A stretch of DNA of 55,561 nt. It comes from a virus (Duplodnaviria > Caudoviricetes). The notes under the pieces are model-generated. The model had not been told where the DNA came from. It made no database searches and saw only the letters and a list, made by a program, of their open reading frames with translations. A program made the position numbers and the translations under genes. Location of the stretch: positions 1 to 55,561 of IMG/VR virus record IMGVR_UViG_3300030333_004442. One strand, given 5' to 3'. Positions 1-6,726 of the stretch are shown here, piece by piece; position 1 is the first letter of the stretch; each line of letters starts with the position of its first letter.

Positions 1-1849
1 CTCTTCTTACAATCGTGCCATCAGCATCGAGATAATAGAAGCTGTCAGCAGCTACGTTTACCGCAGTGTCAGTAACTCCACTCAAAGTCATCGTTCCCGA
101 AACTGTGGTGTTCGCCGCTTCAAGCTGACCCACGGTGAGTTTGGCAGCAGTACCCGCATTGGACAATACGCCATCAGTTTCTGCAACACCCGTAGCAAGA
201 CGGAAACCCGATGCTGAGTGGTCCCAACCCATGAAGTTGAGAGATGCAGATGAACCATCGTGCTGGTGAATCAACATTCCAATGTCCTTGGTCACTGCGC
301 CGGTTGGAGCAGCCTTGCCGACAGTGCCCATTTCAATGAGAGTGTCATCAAGTTGGATGGTTGTCCCATCTACTTGAAACTGAGCGCCGTTAACAACCAA
401 GTTGCCAGTAACAGTAAGATTGCCTGAAACAGAACCATTACCAGTAATATCTACTCCCGATGTGGTCATATCAATAATCTTAGTCGCACCCGCGTAGAAA
501 TCAATATTATCGTCTGCGGTAGCAAAGTCAATATAAGTATCGCCAGCGGCTCTACCCATCTTGAGATTAGTATTGTAGACTGTTTGAATAGTTGTTTGAG
601 CAGCAGCCACACTAAGTGTAGAACCGCCACCGCCAGCAATACCAGTGCCTTGTGTTGAAAGTCGAAGATTCTCAGAACCATCGTCTTCAAGACCAGTACC
701 AGCAAAGTCCGAAACATCAACTGACAAGACGCCAGCAGTGTCATCAAGACCGTCACCAGACAATTTAGCCGCCATATGGTCGAACGTGATTTTCTTGGTT
801 GGGTCGCCAGACTCAGCTTCCTGAACAATAGCGAAGGTGTCACCAGATGCAATTGCAGTTACTGCGGTCAACTCTTTGAGGTCAACTGCCATGACAGCAG
901 AAGATGCAGACAGACCGACGCCAGCAAAAAGAGTTGCAAGGTCATCAACGGTGTCTTTCTTCGATGAGTTGTCGGTTGAATCGACAAGAGCGAGGAAGTC
1001 ACCAGAAGCAACATCAACAGCACTCAGTTCATGCAAGTCAAGGCTGAGAGCAGAGCCCCCACCACCAGCAAGACCAGTGCCTGCGGCTGCGGCAGCAATA
1101 CGAAGGTTTTCAGAACCATCGTCTTCAAGACCAGTACCGGCAAAATCAGAAACGTCAACTGCCATAACAGCACTTGAAGCCTGAAGTCCGTCACCGGCAA
1201 AAAGAGTTGCAATATCGTCAATGCTCTCTTTCTTGGTTGAGTTGTCAGTTGAATCGACAATAGCAACAAAGTCGCCAGAGGCAATCTGGACTGCGGACAA
1301 CTCATGCAAGTCAAGAGAAATGACCGCTGAAGAAGCAGCAAGCCCGGTTCCTGCGAAAAGAGTCGCAATGTCATCAATGCTCTCTTTCTTGGTTGAGTTG
1401 TCAGTTGAATCGACAATAGCAACAAAGTCACCAGAGGCAATTTGAACTGCGGTCAACTCATGCAAGTCAAGTGCCATGACAGCAGAAGATGCTGAAAGAC
1501 CGACACCAGCAAAAAGAGTTGCAAGGTCGTCAATAGTATCTTTATGAGTGCCGTTGTCGGTGCTATCGACAAAAGCCAAGAAATCGCCGCTGGCGATTTG
1601 CTCATGTACAAGCTCATTGAGGTCCACAGAAAGGACACCAGAAGCCGAAGCAAGCCCGACGCCAGCTACGTCAGACTTGAGCATAGCAGCTTCGATAACG
1701 CCGTCGCTGCTCATGTAGTGAAGTTGTGCCGTGTCGCCTTTACGCATTACAAGGTCATAATCCCCTCCACTTGGAACATCGGCAGAAGCCGAAGATGAAG
1801 AGAGAGTCGGTTTTGCTAAATCCGCTCCCAATATTTTTTGATTAGCCAT
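1..1849 (-). CDS. Repeat-rich tail/capsid fibre protein (partial, >616 aa, runs off the left edge)
   Basis: Not in the ORF track because it has no stop in the window. Manual translation from ATG 1849 (SD GGAGG at ~1860-1864) gives MANQKILGADLAKPT... with no stop down to base 2. It contains ~52-aa repeats (LDLHELSAVQIASGDFVAIVDSTDNSTKKESIDDIATLFAGxGL), AGTGL-type beta-spiral motifs and a GNLTVTGNLVVNG fibre motif. Confidence 0.85.
   Translation of the reverse strand, partial: MANQKILGADLAKPTLSSSSASADVPSGGDYDLVMRKGDTAQLHYMSSDGVIEAAMLKSDVAGVGLASASGVLSVDLNELVHEQIASGDFLAFVDSTDNGTHKDTIDDLATLFAGVGLSASSAVMALDLHELTAVQIASGDFVAIVDSTDNSTKKESIDDIATLFAGTGLAASSAVISLDLHELSAVQIASGDFVAIVDSTDNSTKKESIDDIATLFAGDGLQASSAVMAVDVSDFAGTGLEDDGSENLRIAAAAAGTGLAGGGGSALSLDLHELSAVDVASGDFLALVDSTDNSSKKDTVDDLATLFAGVGLSASSAVMAVDLKELTAVTAIASGDTFAIVQEAESGDPTKKITFDHMAAKLSGDGLDDTAGVLSVDVSDFAGTGLEDDGSENLRLSTQGTGIAGGGGSTLSVAAAQTTIQTVYNTNLKMGRAAGDTYIDFATADDNIDFYAGATKIIDMTTSGVDITGNGSVSGNLTVTGNLVVNGAQFQVDGTTIQLDDTLIEMGTVGKAAPTGAVTKDIGMLIHQHDGSSASLNFMGWDHSASGFRLATGVAETDGVLSNAGTAAKLTVGQLEAANTTVSGTMTLSGVTDTAVNVAADSFYYLDADGTIVRR
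660..1680 (-). repeat. Intragenic tandem repeats of the fibre gene (156-nt unit A plus ~60-nt unit B)
   Basis: A 56-nt identical stretch occurs at 1218-1273 and 1374-1429 (period 156 nt = 52 aa). A 29-nt identical stretch occurs at 672-700 and 1110-1138 (within the VDVSDFAGTGLEDDGSENLR unit). Unit order in the protein is approximately A-A-A-B-A-A'-B. Confidence 0.95.
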
Positions 1850-1881
1850 AATTTTTTTTCCTCCCGAATGATATCAATTAT

Positions 1882-1916
1882 GAAAAGAACGCAGTCCGTT
1901 TCCGAATGTGCGTTCT
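1882..1916 (-). terminator. Stem-loop in the fibre-gene 5' region (terminator-like or 5'-stabilising hairpin)
   Basis: Minus strand reads AGAACGCA-CATTCG-GAAA-CGGAC-TGCGTTCT-TTTCAT: an 8-bp perfect outer stem, an inner stem capped by a GAAA tetraloop, and a short U-tract. Confidence 0.55.
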
Positions 1917-1919
1917 GGA

Positions 1920-1929
1920 GTAATTAGTT
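1920..1929 (-). promoter_or_regulatory. Putative late promoter motif ACTAATTA
   Basis: Matches the recurring CTA(T/A)TTA motif found in intergenic gaps upstream of structural genes. Confidence 0.5.
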
Positions 1930-1963
1930 TGAAATTATGCTAAAATCGGGGGGTATCGGTCAG

Positions 1964-2344
1964 CTAGTTGCCAATAACCACTGTATATGCCGTTGCAGAA
2001 TCTGTAGTGTCGAAAAAAAATTTAATTTTATTTGCATACCGTATTGAAGGGACTTGAATCACTTGGTCGTTAGAATCGAAGACCTGATAGATGATGCTTT
2101 TTGTCCCTAAATTGTGTGTCAACTCGTATTCACCGTTTCCTATTGGGACTTCGATTGAATGAGTCACAAACTCTTGAGCGCGGTCGCTGGCTGCACCGAG
2201 GTCTACTTCTTCACCACTGCGCTTTATTACGATTATGGAGCCATTGACAATTTTAATGTCTTGAAGAGCTTGACGGTCAATACCACCGCCACCCCCAGTA
2301 ACATTCTTTCCAGTCGAGCCGCCTGAATTTTTACCCGTTGACAT
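1964..2344 (-). CDS. Small structural protein with fibre-type C-terminal THNLG domain
   Basis: ATG 2344 lies 8 nt after AAGGAGG. The C-terminus YELTHNLGTKSIIYQVFD...YTVVIG resembles the small beta-sandwich modules common at phage fibre termini. Confidence 0.6.
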   Translation of the reverse strand: MSTGKNSGGSTGKNVTGGGGGIDRQALQDIKIVNGSIIVIKRSGEEVDLGAASDRAQEFVTHSIEVPIGNGEYELTHNLGTKSIIYQVFDSNDQVIQVPSIRYANKIKFFFDTTDSATAYTVVIGN

Positions 2345-2361
2345 AGCCAATACCTCCTTGG

Positions 2362-3135
2362 CTAACCAACACCATCCGAATTAGAAGTTGAGATTGGCCA
2401 AATCTTCGTCAAGTTGCTATCAACATTCGCAGCAGACTTCTTAGTTGACTGTACACCGTAAGGCTTATCAAAGCCTTCGTGGTCAAGCACTGCTGTAACC
2501 AGAATTGAAACAGCGTCCAAGGCATTCGCAGCAGCACCGACTTGAAGCCCAGCCGTCGTGTTTCCACCACTGCCGTCGCCTGCAACATCTGTAAAGATTG
2601 TCGAACCCGCAAAGTTTTGAATTAGGATAAAGACACCCTTGGTTCTTGCATTAATTGTTGCAGTGTCGCCGCGACCGATTTCAATAAAGTTACCATTAGT
2701 GATTGGCTGCATTGTATCTGTACTAGACGTGGGAACCCCATTGGCATCCAAAGCGGTCACAACCTGACCCGGTGCAGTGAGCATAACCTTCAAGCGGATA
2801 TTGTTGTTTGCAGTAGCAGCGGCTGTATTGTCCACAGCCCTTTCTGCTGCTTCCAACTGAACAGAAAGTGTTCTGGTGGTTGCTGGGAATTCAACAAAAA
2901 GAAGTTCGCCTTCGTCACCACCAGCGCCTGCGTTCCAAGCTTTTCTATCGCCATCGGTTTCAGAACCATCTGTGCGAAAGGACACGTTTCCGCTACTGTC
3001 AATGGCGCAAGTAAGCCCATCGGCGGGCGGCGAGCCTGTCGCTGTACCATCTATTCTCGTAATTCTTCTAATATAAGGCTTACCTGTTGCCAACCCTGTT
3101 GCGGAGACACCGCCTAATACAAAACTTCTTGCCAT
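2362..3135 (-). CDS. Hypothetical virion protein (Gly/Ala/Thr/Asp-rich, possible decoration protein)
   Basis: 257-aa ORF with SD GAGG, preceded by the ACTATTTA motif; beta-rich structural composition. Confidence 0.6.
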   Translation of the reverse strand: MARSFVLGGVSATGLATGKPYIRRITRIDGTATGSPPADGLTCAIDSSGNVSFRTDGSETDGDRKAWNAGAGGDEGELLFVEFPATTRTLSVQLEAAERAVDNTAAATANNNIRLKVMLTAPGQVVTALDANGVPTSSTDTMQPITNGNFIEIGRGDTATINARTKGVFILIQNFAGSTIFTDVAGDGSGGNTTAGLQVGAAANALDAVSILVTAVLDHEGFDKPYGVQSTKKSAANVDSNLTKIWPISTSNSDGVG

Positions 3136-3162
3136 TTTTAAATCCTCATGTTGAGCTTACCT

Positions 3163-3172
3163 TTAAATAGTC
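3163..3172 (-). promoter_or_regulatory. Putative late promoter motif ACTATTTA
   Basis: gACTATTTAa on the coding strand, ~28 nt upstream of ATG 3135. Confidence 0.55.
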
Positions 3173-3185
3173 AGATAAACCCAAA

Positions 3186-3449
3186 TTATCTTCTCATTTT
3201 TCTCATTCTTGCTTCGCGCTTCAGCTTGCGCTTCAATGCTCGATAAGCCTCGCTTCTTCTGCGGCGTGCTGCTTGGTCCTGCTTGTGCTTCTTTTTCAAA
3301 CTTTTCTTTGAAACTTGCCGACACTCTGGAGTCCCATGAACGGGGTCTTTAATCTCGTCCATCGCTTTTGAATTACGCTGCTTTCTCAAGAAGCGTCGGA
3401 TGACTTGCTCGCTTGATTCGCCTCGCCTTGCTCTTACATACAATCCCAT
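3186..3449 (-). CDS. rpsU: Phage-encoded 30S ribosomal protein bS21 homolog (divergent)
   Basis: VRARRGESSEQVIRRFLRK...MDEIK...KKSLKKKHKQDQAARRRR follows the bS21 pattern (V.V...ES.E..LRRFK.....EI.....KPS..RK.K...A.RR). It is very basic and sits in the head module, as is typical of phage bS21. Confidence 0.8.
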   Translation of the reverse strand: MGLYVRARRGESSEQVIRRFLRKQRNSKAMDEIKDPVHGTPECRQVSKKSLKKKHKQDQAARRRRSEAYRALKRKLKREARMRKMRR

Positions 3450-3451
3450 AA

Positions 3452-3925
3452 TTATTTCTTACCACCTTCTGCCAATTTCTTCCAGACGCCACCAAGCTGT
3501 TCTGTAAGGGAATCAATATTTACACCGGGGTCAGACGGGTCAACCCCACTAAATGGACCTTGACTTGAGGGACCACCTGAAGGGGTGCCACCAGATTTGA
3601 GAGGGGTTGTCCCTTCAAACAAATCAACGCCATTGTAAGCTCCTTGACCAATCGAATCCAAAAGATTCTTTTTTGTCTTCCGAAGCTCTGCTCTTTTCTG
3701 TTCTGCTGCCCGCTGAGAATTCTTATTTTCATTTGTTCTCACGCGAGCGGGGGCGGGCGCAGGCTCAGAAGCTCTCGCTTCTGTAATAACGGCTTGGTTC
3801 CCAGCTACAACACCTTGCACCACCTCTGCGATAATTGAACTAAGTAAGCCGCTCTCATATAGCGACTCTTTAATGCACTCTTTGACAATCGGCTTCAGCA
3901 TCTTTTTCAATTCGTCTTTTTTCAT
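3452..3925 (-). CDS. Hypothetical head-module protein
   Basis: 157-aa ORF between protease and bS21. The N-terminus MKKDELKKMLKPIVKECIKE is followed by several I/L-x-E sites. Confidence 0.75.
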   Translation of the reverse strand: MKKDELKKMLKPIVKECIKESLYESGLLSSIIAEVVQGVVAGNQAVITEARASEPAPAPARVRTNENKNSQRAAEQKRAELRKTKKNLLDSIGQGAYNGVDLFEGTTPLKSGGTPSGGPSSQGPFSGVDPSDPGVNIDSLTEQLGGVWKKLAEGGKK

Positions 3926-3926
3926 C

Positions 3927-4529
3927 TTAGTCCTCGACTATCTCGTTCAACAAACGATTAATCTTATCTGCCTTTGTAAAAATGTTTGGCTGCTTGTTCT
4001 CCTTCATCATATACGCACCTTGCGTAGAAGGCTCCGATACGAAATCAAAACAAATAAGCTGGAAATCGTCCTCAACCACGGTCGAGCCAGCGTCCTCATG
4101 GACGGAGCCAAGACCACGGGATGAAATCCCCAGCTTCACACCAGAATCAACAAGAGAGCGGAGAATCTGACCCGATGGAGTATCAAGCACCTTGACCTTG
4201 CCCATCACATCATTACCATTCCACCAAACCTTCGTCACCATGTGAGAAGCGTTCTTCAAATTAATAACAGAATCTTCTGGGTGGTCAAGCTCACCAAGGG
4301 CGCGGTTTTCTTGGACCAGTTTTGCATAGTTTCCCAACTCACGGTCAAGCACCCGCTTAGGGTACACTCTGCCGTTGCCATTTTCAGCGTCTGCTCGCTG
4401 CATGACACCTGTCAAATACATGGCTCCGTTCTGAATCTCGACCTTCTCCGACTCGGTTAAAAAGTCTTGGCAGACTCCACCTTCGCAAAGCTCATAATAT
4501 TCCCTTAGAAGTAATTTGTTATCGCTCAT
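3927..4529 (-). CDS. gp21: Prohead core protease (T4 gp21-like)
   Basis: Hallmark motifs NGNGRVYP, ALGELDHP, ASH, DTPSG, GISSRGLGS and DFVSEPS. Confidence 0.95.
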   Translation of the reverse strand: MSDNKLLLREYYELCEGGVCQDFLTESEKVEIQNGAMYLTGVMQRADAENGNGRVYPKRVLDRELGNYAKLVQENRALGELDHPEDSVINLKNASHMVTKVWWNGNDVMGKVKVLDTPSGQILRSLVDSGVKLGISSRGLGSVHEDAGSTVVEDDFQLICFDFVSEPSTQGAYMMKENKQPNIFTKADKINRLLNEIVED

Positions 4530-4824
4530 TCTTATTTGCCCTCTCTTTTAGACGCTCCCTAACGAGTGGAGCCTTTTGCATGTCTTTAAATAGGCTCTTT
4601 TCCACCCAAAGGACTTTTATGGGCGAACGATAAACATTAGCTTCTTCTTTTGAAACACCGATAGCGTGCCACGCATCCGAACCTTGCCAACCCATGTTGA
4701 CACAAGTGAACGAACCCTCCGAAACGAATTCTCGCTTCTCATGCGGATACCAAAAATTGTAATGACCAGCCTGAGATGGTCTAATTTTCGCACCGGCTGG
4801 AACTCTATATTTTTCTGAAGGCAT
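4519..4824 (-). CDS. Hypothetical protein (in frame with upstream Cys-Cys peptide ORF)
   Basis: 101-aa ORF with purine-rich SD AAGGAAGAGG; its end overlaps the protease start. Confidence 0.65.
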   Translation of the reverse strand: MPSEKYRVPAGAKIRPSQAGHYNFWYPHEKREFVSEGSFTCVNMGWQGSDAWHAIGVSKEEANVYRSPIKVLWVEKSLFKDMQKAPLVRERLKERANKNER

Positions 4825-4849
4825 TGCCTCTTCCTTTTTAAATTTAAAT

Positions 4850-4876
4850 TTAGCGGGCGCAACCCGCCCGAGCTAA
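4850..4876 (-). other. GC-rich RNA hairpin containing/following the UAG stop of the small ORF
   Basis: Minus strand TTAGC-TC-GGGCG-GGTTG-CGCCC-GCTAA, with an alternative stem GCGGG-TTGCG-CCCGC. There is no U-tract directly after it on either strand, so it is not a typical intrinsic terminator. Confidence 0.65.
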
Positions 4877-4968
4877 GAGCCCTTGCAGCATCGGCGTACT
4901 GGTTGAAGCATCCACTTGCCAGTCATAGCGTCAGCCAAATCATTCATCATCTGCACAATCAACGACAT
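4873..4968 (-). CDS. Unannotated 31-aa peptide MSLIVQMMNDLADAMTGKWMLQPVRRCCKGS
   Basis: A perfect AGGAGG (4977-4982) lies 8 nt before ATG 4968. The ORF overlaps the end of the upstream membrane gene and is below the ORF-track size cutoff. Confidence 0.7.
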   Translation of the reverse strand: MSLIVQMMNDLADAMTGKWMLQPVRRCCKGS

Positions 4969-5284
4969 TTTGGCAACCTCCTAAAAATTTGTGTTCTACT
5001 TTGAATCCACAGTCACCAAATACCATGCTCAACGCATATGACGTTCCTGAACTCAAGCAACCAAGCAAAAATCCAGTCACAGGACTGTAGTCATAAGTAA
5101 ATAGTTGTGTTTGATTATTTGCCCCCCACAAAATCACTCCAACCCAAAAGCCAAGGCACATGGGGCAGTGAAATAACTCTCCCAATTTGCCTTTGGTCGG
5201 GCGTATCCGGTCAAAAATACTTCCGTATACTAAAATCTGTGTTAACCCATAAGCAGCAGCAACGAAAGTTACCAATTCAATCAT
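4940..5284 (-). CDS. Small membrane protein with CxxC (DUF1360-like)
   Basis: Likely start MIELVTF at 5284 (SD GAGG). It has three hydrophobic segments and the motif LGELFHCPMCLGFWVG, typical of DUF1360-like proteins. Confidence 0.7.
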   Translation of the reverse strand: MIELVTFVAAAYGLTQILVYGSIFDRIRPTKGKLGELFHCPMCLGFWVGVILWGANNQTQLFTYDYSPVTGFLLGCLSSGTSYALSMVFGDCGFKVEHKFLGGCQNVVDCADDE

Positions 5285-5879
5285 TGTCGCCTCGCCGCTT
5301 GGACTCATACACTCTATAATAAGATTTCATCGCAGGGAACACATCGACACTACCCTTCTCGGCTGAGTGTGGAACATCGCCCAACTCAGTCTGGTCTGGC
5401 TCTTGTGGCTCCGTAAGTCTCCGCGTCAACTCAGCCTCAAGCGCAACATCATGTGCATAATAAGGCTCTTCTTCTTTTAAAAACTTTCCAATCGTGAATA
5501 GCACGATATCATCAGCATTACCTCCGACTTGCGTATCGGGATACTTACCCTGCATCGAGCCATAGACATTACCAGAGTGAACCGAGTCTTCAACAATCAC
5601 GCCCTTCTTTCTTAAAAAATTAAAAAGCCTGTCTTGTGCGCCATAGACCTCATCACACATCTCGTTCTTCGGCATCGCAAGAATCTTTCGGCTGGCAGGA
5701 ATGACCACAATATCCAAATCATAATGGTCATTAATTGCGTAATCACCACTCATGGTTTTCCGCATATCCAATTCTAATTTTGGTGCTGGTGGGGGTGGCG
5801 GTCCTTGGTCGCCAATCGGCTCTCCGCGCCTTACTTTTTCGGCGTCATCGCCAACTGCAATCTGAATACCTTCAGCCAT
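5277..5879 (-). CDS. Hypothetical protein
   Basis: Likely start MAEGIQ at 5879 with GGAGG; ~200 aa, acidic, with a proline tract. Confidence 0.7.
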   Translation of the reverse strand: MAEGIQIAVGDDAEKVRRGEPIGDQGPPPPPAPKLELDMRKTMSGDYAINDHYDLDIVVIPASRKILAMPKNEMCDEVYGAQDRLFNFLRKKGVIVEDSVHSGNVYGSMQGKYPDTQVGGNADDIVLFTIGKFLKEEEPYYAHDVALEAELTRRLTEPQEPDQTELGDVPHSAEKGSVDVFPAMKSYYRVYESKRRGDND

Positions 5880-6720
5880 TTTGTTCAACCTCCCTTACCA
5901 ACTCTTGAATCTTCAGAATTTTCTTAATTTCCGTCTCAGTCAGCGGAGTCTTGTGTAGAGAATCTAAATATTCTACAACCCGCTTGGCATTGGTCAGCAT
6001 CCGCGTATCCTTGCGGATTTCATCAAGCTCATATGACTGCTTCACGGCTTCGCGGAGGCGGTCCACTTCTTCATTCAAGTAAGATTTAAGGCTAACACCA
6101 TTGTCCGAAATTGAATAGACGAATCTGGTTAGCACCTCTCTTTGTTCGTCCTGCAAGTGCTGCGAATATTGCTCATTAAACTTGGTTGCGAAAGTCTTAT
6201 AAACAAGATTGTCGATGGGCTCCATCGGCTTATCTTCTGGCTTCGCAACTGTCTTAACAATCATCGTTTCCATCAGCGTATCTTCCAAAAGAACCGTTTT
6301 CTTAACTGTGGTTGCATCAGAAAATAACTGAGCAATACTGGCAAGGTTTTTATAGTTTGGCACGAAATTTGCATACACATCGCTACCCAAATTATGATTA
6401 ATCTTGCGAATCAAGTCAGACTGCTCGTTGAACACTCTCTTAGAATTCAACTTCGATGCCTGATGCCGAGCCTCAATTATAATTCTTCTAGCCACATCCT
6501 CAGTAACTTCTTTTGTTTCACTAATTGCTTTATAAAGCTGTAGCTCTTGATAAAGGGCTGTGTCTTTGGCGAAGTGCTGTTTGATAATCTGAGCTACGGT
6601 TGCTTGCCGCCTTGTGTCCTTGCTCAAAACACACTTTGCCATCTCTTTAATCAACGCTTCAAATAAAAAAGCGGTGTTTCTCTTCTTATTGTGTCGATAT
6701 CGACCTGTCTTTGTTGCCAT
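5872..6720 (-). CDS. Hypothetical alpha-helical head-module protein downstream of portal
   Basis: 282-aa ORF with HNKKRNTAFLFEAL N-terminus, immediately after portal. Confidence 0.75.
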   Translation of the reverse strand: MATKTGRYRHNKKRNTAFLFEALIKEMAKCVLSKDTRRQATVAQIIKQHFAKDTALYQELQLYKAISETKEVTEDVARRIIIEARHQASKLNSKRVFNEQSDLIRKINHNLGSDVYANFVPNYKNLASIAQLFSDATTVKKTVLLEDTLMETMIVKTVAKPEDKPMEPIDNLVYKTFATKFNEQYSQHLQDEQREVLTRFVYSISDNGVSLKSYLNEEVDRLREAVKQSYELDEIRKDTRMLTNAKRVVEYLDSLHKTPLTETEIKKILKIQELVREVEQNG

Positions 6721-6726
6721 CTTCTT

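Noticed and set aside
466-1653. Minus-strand ORFs 466..852, 1024..1440 and 1453..1653
   Set aside because: They are alternative-frame shadows of the single open fibre frame starting at 1849, so this is not a fragmented pseudogene.
660-1680. Direct repeats considered as a CRISPR array or DGR template/variable repeat
   Set aside because: The repeats are in-frame coding units with codon-multiple periods. There are no unique spacers, no adenine-specific mismatch pattern was evident, and no cas or reverse transcriptase gene is in the window.
4834-4852. AAATTTAAATTTAAAAAG as a -1 frameshift slippery site
   Set aside because: No canonical X XXY YYZ heptamer is in the relevant reading frame, and the hairpin lies upstream rather than downstream of it.
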